Below, in pieces: positions 30,975-41,722 of a stretch of DNA of 64,000 nucleotides (its first letter is position 1; each line of letters begins with the position of its first letter). The notes beneath the pieces are model-generated. The model was not told the DNA's origin. It made no database searches and saw only the letters and a list, made by a program, of their open reading frames with translations. The position numbers and the translations under genes are program-made. The stretch is from an uncultured Chloroflexia bacterium (lineage in GTDB: Bacteria; Chloroflexota; Anaerolineae; CG2-30-64-16), in NCBI GenBank assembly GCA_963810095.1, contig CAWEMM010000002.1, forward strand, positions 160,001 to 224,000, written 5' to 3'.

Positions 30975-32201
30975 ATGATCAATTGGCGTCAGAACCCGGC
31001 GCGCGTCGCCTGGCTCGTGCTCCTGACAAGCTTCTTTGCGTGCGTTTTCCTTGCCGTGGCAGTTCCCGTCGGCGTACGAGCCGTGCTGCTGCACTCGAGC
31101 CGGACCCGTCACGCCTTCCTGGAAGCTTCGCAGGGCACCGCGCAGTTGTGGGCGCCGAACAGCAGCGACCCTTCGGCCGTTACCGAGCAGCGCCCCGTTG
31201 TCGAGGGCAGCCGGGTTGCAACTGACGGCGTGACGAAGGCGGTCATGACGCTCTCCACCGACGAGCAGGGCCAGGAGAGCCTGGCGACCATCCAGCTCTC
31301 TGCCAATACGCGACTTAAGCTGGACGAAGCACGCAGCCCCCGCTTCGATATGAGTCCTGACCCCCACTTCGCGCAGCTCGACTTCAGCGACGGCCGGTTG
31401 TTCCTGACCATCCAGCAGGCGGATGCACGGGATGTGCGGATTCAGGTCAACACGCCGACGGGGTCCATCGATCTTGGCCCGGGCGGTTACGACATGACCG
31501 CGAACGACCGGGAGACGCGGGTACGTGTCCGCTCGGGTGCGGCCCGGGTGACCGGCGAGGGCAAGACGGTCGAAGCAAACGCGGGCCAGCGCGTGAACCT
31601 TTTGGCGGGCCGGCCCCCCGAATTCCCCGTTTCAGAGACGGTCAACCTCATCGTGAACGGCAGCTTCGAGAAGCAGCTGGCGCCGCTATGGCAAGAGTCC
31701 GCCGAAGTAAAACCGGGGTATACGCCCGGCGAGGTAGAACTGGTGCAAGATGACCGCCGGAGTGCCGTTCGCTTTAGCCGGCGGGCCGAGGAGGACGTGC
31801 CGAACCGGGTGCTGATCACCCAGGCGGTCAACCGTGACGTGGAGGGGTACGACAACCTCGCCCTGCGGCTCGATCTGAAGACGCTGTACCAGAGCGTGCC
31901 TGGCGGCGGCGAGAAGGACAGCGAGTATCCTGTGATGGTCGACCTGAACTACACCGACATCTACGGGAAGGACCTTCATTGGTACGCCGGCTTCTACAAC
32001 CTCGAGCTACCCCCGGGCAGCCCATACCCGCAGCCCAGTGGCGAGCGGGTGCCCCTTGGCGTCTGGTACACTTATGAGTCGCCCAACCTCTTCGAGCTAC
32101 TTGGCCAGACGCGGCCCGCCCGGATCAACAGCCTCACTATCTACGCCAACGGGCACGATTACGAGAGCCTCGTTTCTGACGTTGGGCTGACGGTCCAATA
32201 A
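30975..32201 (+). CDS. FecR-like domain membrane-anchored protein with C-terminal CBM-like domain
   Basis: N-terminal TM; IQLSANTRL, VNTPTGSI, VRVRSGAARV; NLIVNGSFE. Confidence 0.7.
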   Translation: MINWRQNPARVAWLVLLTSFFACVFLAVAVPVGVRAVLLHSSRTRHAFLEASQGTAQLWAPNSSDPSAVTEQRPVVEGSRVATDGVTKAVMTLSTDEQGQESLATIQLSANTRLKLDEARSPRFDMSPDPHFAQLDFSDGRLFLTIQQADARDVRIQVNTPTGSIDLGPGGYDMTANDRETRVRVRSGAARVTGEGKTVEANAGQRVNLLAGRPPEFPVSETVNLIVNGSFEKQLAPLWQESAEVKPGYTPGEVELVQDDRRSAVRFSRRAEEDVPNRVLITQAVNRDVEGYDNLALRLDLKTLYQSVPGGGEKDSEYPVMVDLNYTDIYGKDLHWYAGFYNLELPPGSPYPQPSGERVPLGVWYTYESPNLFELLGQTRPARINSLTIYANGHDYESLVSDVGLTVQ

Positions 32202-32214
32202 GGGGGGCTGGAGT

Positions 32215-33970
32215 TTGGCACCCGCCTCTGCATCGCACGCCGGACGGCAGGGCCGCGATGAGCGGCTGACCGCGGCGCCCGACGTCGCGTTGCGGCCTGT
32301 CTCACGCGGCGCCCGGTTCGCGCCCGCGTTACGCGTGCTGCCCCTCGTCGTGGCACTCGCCCTGTTTCTGCTGGCCGGCGCGTACCAGTTGACGCTGCCC
32401 GGCCTGCACTATGACGAGGCGAAGGAAGCCGGCGTCAACGCGATGCAGATTCTCACCGGCCAGCCCGTGACGGCCTTCCGCGACGCGACGGTGGGCCTTG
32501 GACCGTGGCGTGTCCCGCTCATGGTGCAGGACTACATCGGCAACCTCAACGTCCTGCTGGCGGTCCCCTTCCTCGCCGTGGGCGGAATCAACACGGCTGC
32601 CTTGCGGGCCCTGCCGCTGCTGATTGCAGCCTTCACGCTCGTGTTCACCTGGATGATCGCGAACCGCCTTGGGGGCCCGCTGGTCGCAGCCGCAGCCGCC
32701 CTGCTCCTTGCCGTCAACCCGTCGTTCGTCTTCTGGAGCCGCCAGGGGATCTTCGTCACGAACAGCACCGCGCTGTTCTTCATGGCGAGCCTGTGGTTTG
32801 GGCTGCTGTGGTGGCAAGGCCGGCGCCCGCTTCACCTGGTCCTGGCCGCGCTCTTCTGCGGGCTCGGCATCTATGCAAAGCTGCTGTTCGTCTGGGCTGC
32901 GATCGCGCTGGTGGTGGTGGCCGTCGCTGCGCTGGCCTGGGAGCGCCGGACGCTCGGGCGCTGGCGACTGCCCACGCTGCCCGCCCTCGCCGGCGCGGCC
33001 GTAGCATTCGTTCTCCCACTCGCGCCGCTGATCCTCTACAATGTGCGCACGAGCGGCACACTGCTATCGGTCTTTGGTCACCTCGGTCGCTCGTATTACG
33101 GCGTCGACAACAGCGCGTACGGTAGCAATCTGCTGGCCCGCCTGAATCAGTTGTTTGTGCTCTTGCGAGCCGACCACTTCTGGTACCTCGGCGGCGTGCA
33201 CGCCAACGAGTATGCGACCCTGGCTCCTGCTTGCGCTCGTCCTCCTTGCCGCAGCCGGCTGGTTTGGCGCGAGGCTCGCCGGTGCTGCCAGTAGTCAGCC
33301 GGAGCGCCGCTTCTTCACTCCTGCCCTTCCGCTGGCCCTGCTGATCCTGATCGTCCTGCAGAGCGCTTTCACCGTGAGCGACCTTTTCATCACGCACTTT
33401 GCGCTCCTGACGCCGCTGATCCCACTGATCGCCGCACTTAGCTTCGGCGAGATTCTTCTCTGGGCGAAGGGCCGCAGGCGGGGTCTGCGGCGGTTGGCCG
33501 TTGCCACCGCAGCGGTCTTAATCACCGCCTGGTTCGCGACCGATGCCTACACGGTCGTGCTCTACCACCGCAGCCTGGCCGTGTCGGGGGGCTACCTGGC
33601 ACATTCCGACGCGATCTACCCGTTGGCCGCGTACCTGGATCAGCAGGGTTATCAGAGGCCAGTCGCGCTCGATTGGGGCATCGACGCACCTATCCGTTTC
33701 CTCACCGCCGACCGGGTGCAACCCATCGACGTGTTCGGCTACGACCGCCTGGATGCGCCTGATCCCGGGTTCATGAAGCGCATCAACCCGTACCTGGATA
33801 ACTCGGACACCATTTGGATCGCTCCGCCCCCTGGCAGGGCGGTGTTCAAGGGCCGGGTGGAGATGATCGAGGCGCTGACGGCGCAGGGGTCGAAGTGGCT
33901 GGAGCAGATCCGCTTCAGCCAGCGCAGCGGCGAGCCCGCCTACTTCGTGCGTCGCTTTTTCAGAAGGTAG
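32215..33970 (+). CDS. ArnT/GT39-like membrane glycosyltransferase; frameshift near 33217
   Basis: GLHYDEA, LLLAVNPSFVFWSR, GLGIYAK; continues in ORF 33155-33970; start uncertain. Confidence 0.78.
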
Positions 33971-35147
33971 CTTTTTGGTGCTCGCGCATCGAGCACGATG
34001 ACCAGGGTCGCCAGCAGCGCGATCCCGGCCGAAACGAGCGTCACGCCCGCCAGATCGTGGGCGCCCCACAGCCGCGGGCCGCTCAGCGAGCCTATCACCC
34101 TGCCCAGCGACGCCGCAGTCACATTGAGCGCCAGCACAGTCCCACGTGCACCCGGCGCCACTTCGGAAATCAGGGGAATCGACGCCACGATGCTGAACTC
34201 GAAGGTGAGGAACATGAGGCCAACGCCGGCCAGCCCTCCCGCCAACCCGCCGCCGGCGAGGCGTGGGAGCAGGAGATAGGCCCCCACGCTTAGGACCATG
34301 CCGGCGAGCACCGAGCGCCGCTTGCCAAGGCGGTCCACAATGCCGGCGGACGTTAGCTCGCCTGTCAGTTCTGCGACGCTGATAACGAGCGAGGCGACAC
34401 CCACGGCTGCGACGGTCAGGCCGAACTGCGTCTCGAGCCAATCGCCATACACGACAAAGATATTCTCGTTGGCCAGGCAGACGAGCAGGGTGAAGCAGAG
34501 CAGCGGGACCGCCTGCCGCCAGGGCACCCGGCGGAAGCCGTCGAGCAGCCCCGCATCGCCGGTCCAGGCTGGGCTTGCGCCGCAATTAGGGCAGAGCTTG
34601 CCCAGGGCGACGATCGCCAGCGCACCCGCGAGTGAGATGAGCACAAACGGCGCGCGCCAGGTAAAGCCGGCGATGATGAAGCCGGCAAGCGGGACGCCGA
34701 TGAACCAGGATGCCGACCACGAGAGCTCGAGCAGGCTCATCACCCGGCCGCGCCGCTCATACGGCACCGCGTCGCCGATGTAGGCCAGCATCGCGGGATC
34801 AAACGCCGCTTTCGAGAAGCCCAGCAGCCCGAACGCGATCATTGCGATACCCATTCCCGGTGCGACCGCGGCCATTGCCGCCCCTGCCGCCAGCGCAGCG
34901 AGCCCGGCGAGCATGATGGGGCGCCTGCCGTACCGGTCTGCCGCCAGCCCGTAGACGGGACTGAACGCGCCCGCGAGCGAGCGGATGGTCAGCAGCAAGC
35001 TGGCTGTCGCCAGGGGCACATCCAGGCCACGGCTGATGGCCGGGAGGAACGGGTAGACGATGCGATACTGCAGGTTAAGGGTCGTCCGCGCGAAGAGCAG
35101 CACGATCAGGTTCGCGGCGAGTCGGCGGCGGGTGGTTGGGAGGCCAT
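33940..35147 (-). CDS. MFS transporter (start region possibly frameshifted)
   Basis: Motif A GLAADRYGRRP and repeat GIVDRLGKRR; about 12 TM; ATG at 35147 is out of frame with the ORF from 35103. Confidence 0.88.
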
Positions 35148-35304
35148 AGGCGGAGATTATATCACGGCCGCGGCAGTCCTTTGCGGTTCTTCAAACCCGG
35201 GAGAGCTACGCGGTGCGGGCAACTTATCGCCGTCGCCCGACGTCGTGTATAATGAATACCCCAGTCTGTGAGCGGCATCACAGCCGCATCCTCAGGAGGA
35301 ATGA

Positions 35305-36634
35305 GTGACCAGCCATCTTAGAACACCCTTGATGTTCGTTCTTGTCGTCCTGGTGGCCTTTTCCGGCCTTGCCAGCGGCTGTTCGGCCGCGGCGCAGGCG
35401 GCAACCGCAACCCCGACCAAAACTCCGCGCGTAGAAGCTGCGCAGGCGACGGTGGCCCCGGCGACCGCAGCGCCGACGGAAGCCCTTCCGACAGTCGTAC
35501 CGGCCCCGGCCACCGAGGCCCCCACCGTCGAGGTCGCAGCCCCGACCGAAGCACCGGCTGCCGAATACTACCCCGGCGGCGTCAGCCGAGTCGGCCGCAT
35601 CCACGGCCAATACAGGCTCGACCGCCGCGCCCACGTCCGACCAGCAGGCAGCGGGACAGGGAACCGGCGCGCCCGTTCAGCTCGAGCCCGGCGTTTCGTT
35701 TCTGACCGGCCTGCGCCCGTCCGACCCCACTGTGTTGAACCGCCGGCCATTGGCGATCAAGGTCGATAACGAGCCCGAGGTTGTGCCGCAGTCGGGGCTG
35801 AATAAGGCCGACATCGTGGTGGAGCATCCCAAAGAGCGGTGCATGACGCGCTTCACCGCAATTTACCAAAGCCAGGATGCGCCGCGGGTCGGCTCGATCC
35901 GCAGCGCACGCATTGTCGACGTCGAACTGCCCGTGATCTTCGACGCGATCCTGGCGTTCTCGGGCAGCGTGGAGCCCGTGCGCCAGATGATCTACAAGTC
36001 GGACATCGGCAAGCAGGTTCTCGAGCAGGCCCGTGTCTCCGGCACGTTTGTCCGCGATCCAAATATTCGCATCCCGTTCAACCTCTTCGCCAACACCGGG
36101 ACCCTGTGGAAGGCGGCTACGCAGCGCGGCATCAATACGGCGCCCAAGCCGTCGGCCGCGTGGACGTTCTCCGAAGCGGCCCCGGCAGGCGGCAAGGCCG
36201 CGAGCAAGCTCGACATCCCGTATCCGCAGCTTTACAAGGCCCTCACGGTGGGCTGGCGGTGGGACGCAGCCAGCGGCCGGTGGGTGCGCACGCTGGCAGG
36301 TAAGCCGGCCATCGACAAGGCCGACGGCAAGCAGATCAGCGCCGCAAACGTGATTGTGCTCTCGACCAACACGGTCGAGACGCTGATCCCGGAACAGGGA
36401 ACGAAGCTCGTCCGCGGGGGCTGTCAATCTAACGCTTCGGTCGAGGTCCAGTTGTGGGGCCAGGGGCCGGTCAAGATCCTGCGTGACGGAAAAGTCTATG
36501 AGGGCAAGTGGGTTCGGGCCAACCGGCACGCACCCTTCAGGTTCGTCGATGCGCAGGGCAAGGACATCCCGCTTAAGCCGGGGAACAGCTGGTGGCAGAT
36601 CGTGCCGTCGAGCATGACGGCGACCGTTCAGTAG
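35305..36634 (+). CDS. DUF3048 family lipoprotein; frameshift near 35566
   Basis: Lipobox LASGC, Pro/Thr/Ala linker; RRPLAIKVDN, PQSGLNKADIV, GSIRSAR, LKPGNSWWQIVP. Confidence 0.85.
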
Positions 36635-36654
36635 GACCATTCCAGGCAGGACGA

Positions 36655-36694
36655 CAGACCTCCGGGCATGCAAAGCCGCGGAGGTCTGCTTTTT
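36655..36694 (+). terminator. Intrinsic terminator of the DUF3048 gene
   Basis: CAGACCTCCG...CGGAGGTCTG-CTTTTT. Confidence 0.8.
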
Positions 36695-36752
36695 CTGATC
36701 CAAAACTAAACCCGTCCTCACCTGGTATTAATCTTCAGGTGCGATACTACAG

Positions 36753-36864
36753 ACACTTCGGGTGCGGGTTCGGGACAGCCCAAGCCCAAAGAAAACGGTT
36801 CCTCCTCCATAACTACAAATAGGCGTGCGAACCCCGGGCGGGTGGGCCTGGGGTTCGCGCTTTT
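36753..36864 (+). ncRNA. Putative sRNA copy 1 (anti-SD CCUCCUCC)
   Basis: Extended -10 TGcGATACT at 36740-36748; hairpin GGGUUcGGG-acag-CCCaAGCCC; CCTCCTCC at 36801; terminator GCGAACCCCGGG/CCTGGGGTTCGC-TTTT; 5' end approximate. Confidence 0.65.
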
Positions 36865-36978
36865 AAGGGCCAGTGAGGAGGGCACGGAGAGGTTTCGAAA
36901 CCGGCGGGATGCTGCTCGCTCTGAGCGAAAACTAAACCCGTTCTCACGTTCAGTTAATCTTGCGCTGCGATACTATAG

Positions 36979-37110
36979 ACACTTCGGGTGCGGGTTCGGG
37001 ACAGCCCAAGCCCAAGGAAAACGGTTCCTCCTCCATAACTACATAGGCGGTGTAGGGCATGGCCTTACACGACGCAAATCCCGGGTGGGTGGGCCCGGGA
37101 TTTGTGTTTT
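36979..37110 (+). ncRNA. Putative sRNA copy 2 (anti-SD CCUCCUCC)
   Basis: Paralog 226 bp downstream; same -10 and core; extra hairpin GTGTAGGGC/GCCTTACAC; terminator GCAAATCCCGGG/CCCGGGATTTGT-TTTT. Confidence 0.65.
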
Positions 37111-37149
37111 AAAGCGCCTGGGTTAAGGTGGAGCAGCCGCCCGAACGGT

Positions 37150-39648
37150 CTAGCGTGCGTAGAGGCGGCGATAGAACTCGTAATTTTGCCACACGGCCTG
37201 CACGTACACCCGGGTCTCATTAATGTTGATCAGGCCCGCGAACAGGTCGTCGTCCTTCGGTGCATCTTCCCACCACGCGCCTGCGTTCCCAGGTCCCCCA
37301 TTGTACGCGGCAAGCGCCGCGAAATGGCTGCCGTCGAAGTGCGTGAGCCATTGGCGCACGTAGTATGCCCCGAACGCAACGTTCACGTAGGGCCAGTAGG
37401 CTTGGTGATCCTCATACCCCGGCCATGCCATCTGGCGGGCGATCCCTGCGGCCGTACCCGGCATGACCTGCATCAGCCCCTGGGCGCCCGCCGACGAAGC
37501 GACGCCGGGCTCGAAGCGGCTCTCCTGCCGGATGATCGCAGCGAGCAGACGAGGGTCGAGTTTCTGGCGGGCCGCCTCCTGCCGGATCAGCTTCTCGTAA
37601 GGGAAGGGATAGATCAGCTTCTGGAGGGCGACCGGCGCCTCTCGCAGCGGCCGGCCGCGCAGGCCCTGCACGCCATCCGCGCTGAGCAGCGACAGACGGT
37701 TTGCGCCCAGGTCGCGGAAGGCAATGGAGAGCGCAGCGAGGGTCCACGGCTCTTTCTCGTGCGCCTTGCGGACCCGCTCCAGGTTCTGCAGGGCCTCGGT
37801 GCGCCGGCCGATCGACATGAGCGCGAGCCCGCGCTTCCAATCAGGGCTCGAAGTGACCGCAGCCGGCAGGGTCAGCGAGCCGGTCCCCGCCCATTCCTGC
37901 AGCCACCCGGCGATCTCGGTTTTCTCGTCTCCGGACTTCAGCGGCGCCGTCTCGGTCTTAGGTGCATCTTCGCGCACCCACGCCTCGGGCTTGCCGTCGA
38001 GCCACGCGGCCGAACGCAGGCCGTAATAGCTCTCGCCCAGCGCCTTCGCCGCTTCCCAGGCCCGGCTTGCGCCGTCCGCATCCCCCGCCGCGTGAAGAGC
38101 GCGCCCCTGCCAATAATATCCGACCGGCTTCGCAAATGCGGCCAAGGCGGGCGCAGCCGCCATCTCACCCCAGACCTCCGCCGCCCGGCGCCATTCGGCC
38201 CGCTGGAAGAATGCCATGCCCGCGGCGTAGTACGCACGCCAGCCTTCGTCCGCCGCTGGATAGCGGCGTGCGGCGTCCAGGTAGGCATCGGCTGCCTGGT
38301 CGGACAGAGCGTTGTCGAGGAGCAGAGCCGCCTGCCACAGGGCCTTCGGGGCCAGTGCGACGTCGGGCTTGCGCTGCGCCAGCTCGCGGTAGGCAGCAAC
38401 CGCGTCGCTCGTGCGTCCGGCCCGCGCCAGCGCGCGCGCCCGGGCCATGGCTGCGTCGGCCCACTGGGGGCTGGCGGGCCACCGGCTCATGAATGCATCC
38501 AACTCCTGGATCCCCCGGTCGTACTGGCCGAGCCCGATATAGCTGAGGCCGGCGTAATACCAGGCGAGTCCCTGCCGGCCGTCCGGCTCCGCCGCCCGCA
38601 GGCGGTCAAATGCGGCGATGGCCAGGTCGTAGACCTCGTTGGAGTAGTTCGCGACGCCCCGCTGGAAGTCGTCGACCGGCGCGCCCGCGTCGAGCAGTGC
38701 CACGATGGACGAGTGGGCGTACTTGGAGGTGGGGTCCGCGTCGACAGCCGCCTGCCAGCGCTTGAGGGCGTCGGGCGGGTAGGTGGGCGTAATGATGCCG
38801 GTCGATTTAATGGCGTTAGCCACCTGCGCGAGTGAATTGCCGGCCAGGTACTGCATCTCGGCGGCAAACGCGCCCTTGGTCGTGTTTCCACGCAGCGCGT
38901 CGTACTGGGCCGCGGCCTCCTTGCCGTTCCCTGCCTGGAGCGCGAGGTCGGCCAGGGCGCGCCGGATCGCCGTCGTGTTCGTCCAGTCGGGCGCCTTTGC
39001 CAGCGCCTGGCGGTAGGCCTCGGCCGCGCCGGTCGCGTTGCCTTGCGCCTGGCGCTGCGCGGCGATGCGCTGCCACGTCAGGTATTGCAGCTCGGGAGAC
39101 AGCGGTAGATACGCCTGGTAGGCGGCTTCGGCTTGCTTGTAGGCGCCCAGAGACGAAAGGGTCTCGCCGAGCAGGAATTGCGCGGGCGGGCGGTGCGGGT
39201 CGTTTGCCGGCGCAGTAGCAAGCAGGTCCTTAAGGGTAGCAAAAGCCTCCGAAGGGGCGTCGTCATGCAGGTAGCACTGGGCCATCCGGAAGTTCGCTTC
39301 GGCTGCAACCGGCCCTTGCGAGCCGCTGGCAAGGATGCCGGCGAAGATACGCCGCGCCTGGTCGCAGTTGCCGATCAACTGTTGAAACGCGCCTTCAGGC
39401 AGCCTAGCCGCAGCCTCTTTGCTCGGCTCGCGCGGTGCGACAGTGGCCGTCGCAGCAGGGGCGCGGGTGGCAGCCGGCGCGCGCGTCGCAGCCGGGGTCG
39501 GGCTGGGTGCGGCCGTCGAAGGGGCGCCCGTGCGGGTGGCCGCGCGCGGCGGCGTCGCCGTCTGTGCGGCTGCGGGCACGGCAGGCAGCGCAGAAGCAGC
39601 CATGCTGAGCAGCAGAGTAATGCCGATGAATATGGGTTTGGGATGCAA
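37150..39648 (-). CDS. Soluble lytic transglycosylase with TPR repeats
   Basis: IRQESRF, GAQGLMQVMP, AAYNGGPG, ETRVYV; signal peptide and TPR region. Confidence 0.92.
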   Translation of the reverse strand: MHPKPIFIGITLLLSMAASALPAVPAAAQTATPPRAATRTGAPSTAAPSPTPAATRAPAATRAPAATATVAPREPSKEAAARLPEGAFQQLIGNCDQARRIFAGILASGSQGPVAAEANFRMAQCYLHDDAPSEAFATLKDLLATAPANDPHRPPAQFLLGETLSSLGAYKQAEAAYQAYLPLSPELQYLTWQRIAAQRQAQGNATGAAEAYRQALAKAPDWTNTTAIRRALADLALQAGNGKEAAAQYDALRGNTTKGAFAAEMQYLAGNSLAQVANAIKSTGIITPTYPPDALKRWQAAVDADPTSKYAHSSIVALLDAGAPVDDFQRGVANYSNEVYDLAIAAFDRLRAAEPDGRQGLAWYYAGLSYIGLGQYDRGIQELDAFMSRWPASPQWADAAMARARALARAGRTSDAVAAYRELAQRKPDVALAPKALWQAALLLDNALSDQAADAYLDAARRYPAADEGWRAYYAAGMAFFQRAEWRRAAEVWGEMAAAPALAAFAKPVGYYWQGRALHAAGDADGASRAWEAAKALGESYYGLRSAAWLDGKPEAWVREDAPKTETAPLKSGDEKTEIAGWLQEWAGTGSLTLPAAVTSSPDWKRGLALMSIGRRTEALQNLERVRKAHEKEPWTLAALSIAFRDLGANRLSLLSADGVQGLRGRPLREAPVALQKLIYPFPYEKLIRQEAARQKLDPRLLAAIIRQESRFEPGVASSAGAQGLMQVMPGTAAGIARQMAWPGYEDHQAYWPYVNVAFGAYYVRQWLTHFDGSHFAALAAYNGGPGNAGAWWEDAPKDDDLFAGLININETRVYVQAVWQNYEFYRRLYAR

Positions 39649-39802
39649 AATGGGCCTCCGGGTGCGGGCGGGGCACGTTGCAGTGCCGCCGGCGCTCGCG
39701 GGTGAACGGAACCTGCGCAGAAGACGCAGAGACTCTATCTTCTAAACGCACGAGAGGTCGAGGAGGTTCCGAGGTCCGGGTTTTCCGGCGGAGACGGCGT
39801 CC

Positions 39803-40642
39803 TTATAAGTCCCGGGTCGCGAAGAGCCACATCGCAACCAGGAGCCCGACCACCACGTACACGACTGCGTATCCGACCATCAACGGGCTGGGCGTGCTGG
39901 CCGCGCCGAACGGTGTGGCATCAAAGCCCAGGTTGCTGAGCATGGGCGGCTGCAGCAGGAAGGCCGCGCGTTTCCACATGGCCTCGCTGGGGATCAACAG
40001 GCTGACGACGATGCCCGTATTGACGGCGGCCTCGTTGCGCAGCATCGCGCCGAACTGTTCGATCCAACCCGCGATGAAGGCAAGGCCGTAAAGCATGAAG
40101 ATCACGACGCCGTTCGCCAGCGCCGGCAGCCGGGTGCCGCCCAGGATCGACAGCGTCAGCACGACAAGGCCCTCGAGCACGATCAGCAGCACTGCGGGCA
40201 CAGGGTTGCGGGGCAGGTAGCCGGAGATGCCCGAAACGATGGCTACCAGCGCCGCGCACATCACCACGGTGAACAGGGCCAGCATAACTGCCAGGCCCAG
40301 CCACTTGCCGGCCACCACCTCCCAGCGCCGCAACGGCTTCGTCACGAGGGTCTGGATCGTGCCCGAGGCGATTTCGCCCGCGATCGTGTCCACGGAGATC
40401 AGTAGGGCGAGCGCCACCCCAAGAAACGCGATCCCGTAGAAGCCTGCCATGAGGAAGAAGTTGACCGGTTCGAGCGAACGGATGCTTGCGATGTCGTTGA
40501 AACGCCCCACCTCGCGCCACATGAAATAGAAGCCCGTGGAGAAAACCAGCAGAAACGCCAGACCCAGCAGGATCACGGCCCAGGCGATCTTGCGCCAGCG
40601 CGCCTCGGCGAAGGTGATGGCGGCGATCTTCAGCACGTTCAT
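39803..40642 (-). CDS. ABC-2 type transporter permease
   Basis: GEIASGTIQTLVTKPLRRWEVVAGKW; 6 TM; ends FATRDL. Confidence 0.9.
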   Translation of the reverse strand: MNVLKIAAITFAEARWRKIAWAVILLGLAFLLVFSTGFYFMWREVGRFNDIASIRSLEPVNFFLMAGFYGIAFLGVALALLISVDTIAGEIASGTIQTLVTKPLRRWEVVAGKWLGLAVMLALFTVVMCAALVAIVSGISGYLPRNPVPAVLLIVLEGLVVLTLSILGGTRLPALANGVVIFMLYGLAFIAGWIEQFGAMLRNEAAVNTGIVVSLLIPSEAMWKRAAFLLQPPMLSNLGFDATPFGAASTPSPLMVGYAVVYVVVGLLVAMWLFATRDL

Positions 40643-41556
40643 ACCGTCTCCTCGGCCATCACCCGCATGAACAGCTCTTCGAGCGAAGGCCGCAGCGACG
40701 CAAGCTGGTATAGTTGGGCGCCGTTGCCCACGAGGTAGGCGGCAATCTGGGGCAGCACACCTTCATCCTCGGTTTGGAGGTGCAGGTGGCGTATGCCGTC
40801 CTGGCCGCCGTCGGGCTCTGTGACCTCGCCCCACTTCGCCAGCCCGGCGACCAACGCTTCGCTCAAACCCGCCGCACGGATCTCAACGGCACTGGCGCCT
40901 CGCGTCAACTCGTTCAGCGTCCCCACGCGCATAAGCCGCCCGCCCTTGACGATGGCGACCCGGTCGCATGTCACCTCGACCTCGCTGAGGTAATGGGAAT
41001 TAAGGAAGACGGTCACGCCCTGGTCTCGCAGCTCACGGATGATCTCGCGCACTTCATAACGGCCCACGGGGTCGAGCCCCGAAGTCGGCTCGTCCAAAAA
41101 CACCAACGTGGGCCGGTTGAGCAGGGCTTGCGCGAGGCCTACCCGCTGCTGCATCCCCTTCGAGTACTCGCCGAGCTTGGAGCGCCCTCGGCCGCCTAGC
41201 CCGACGCGGTCAAGCAAGGACGGGATGCGCTCGCGGCGCTCGGCCGCGCTCATGCCATACAACTGCCCGTGCATGTCGAGGAAGTTCTGCGCCGTGAGCC
41301 AGGCGGGAAAGCGGAAATGCTCGGGAAGAAATCCGACGTGCCGCATGGCGTCTGGCTCGCCCGGCGGGCGGCCGAGCACGCGCGCCTCGCCCGCGGTCGG
41401 TCGCACGAGCCCGAGCAGCATCTTGACCGTGGTCGTTTTTCCTGCGCCGTTCGGACCTAAAAAGCCGAAGACCTCGCCCTCACTCACATGAAGATCGAGG
41501 TCGTCGACTGCGGTCAGCCGGCCGTATTCCTTGCGGAGCGCGGTGGTGTGAATCAC
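40639..41556 (-). CDS. ABC transporter ATP-binding protein
   Basis: GPNGAGKTT, YSKGMQQR, LDEPTSGLD. Confidence 0.95.
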   Translation of the reverse strand: MIHTTALRKEYGRLTAVDDLDLHVSEGEVFGFLGPNGAGKTTTVKMLLGLVRPTAGEARVLGRPPGEPDAMRHVGFLPEHFRFPAWLTAQNFLDMHGQLYGMSAAERRERIPSLLDRVGLGGRGRSKLGEYSKGMQQRVGLAQALLNRPTLVFLDEPTSGLDPVGRYEVREIIRELRDQGVTVFLNSHYLSEVEVTCDRVAIVKGGRLMRVGTLNELTRGASAVEIRAAGLSEALVAGLAKWGEVTEPDGGQDGIRHLHLQTEDEGVLPQIAAYLVGNGAQLYQLASLRPSLEELFMRVMAEETV

Positions 41557-41581
41557 GATGCTATTTTACGGCGGAGAGAGA

Positions 41582-41717
41582 CTGGAACGCGAAAGCGCGA
41601 GCATGACTGAAGGCGCGAAGCACGAAGACCACTCACACGTAGCCTTCGCGCTTCGTGTTTTCGTCCACCTTCGCGTCTTCGCGTTCCACGCACCTTCGTG
41701 TCTTCGCGTGCCAAACC
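41582..41717. repeat. Intergenic palindromic repeat, family A (long copy)
   Basis: TGGAACGCGAAAGCGCGA..GGCGCGAAGCACGAAG / GCCTTCGCGCTTCGTGTTTTCG..CTTCGCGTTCCA; closely resembles 16591-16763. Confidence 0.72.
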
Positions 41718-41722
41718 GGCTC

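Noticed and set aside
36702-37042. CRISPR array, or small peptide genes in the duplicated block (minus strand MEEEPFSLGLGCPEPAPEVS..., 28-30 aa; plus strand RYYRHFGCGFG...)
   Set aside because: Only two ~115-bp units, with no repeat-spacer pattern or cas genes. The peptides lack a clear RBS or shared start, while promoter and U-tailed terminators point to plus-strand RNAs. The peptide reading is not fully excluded.
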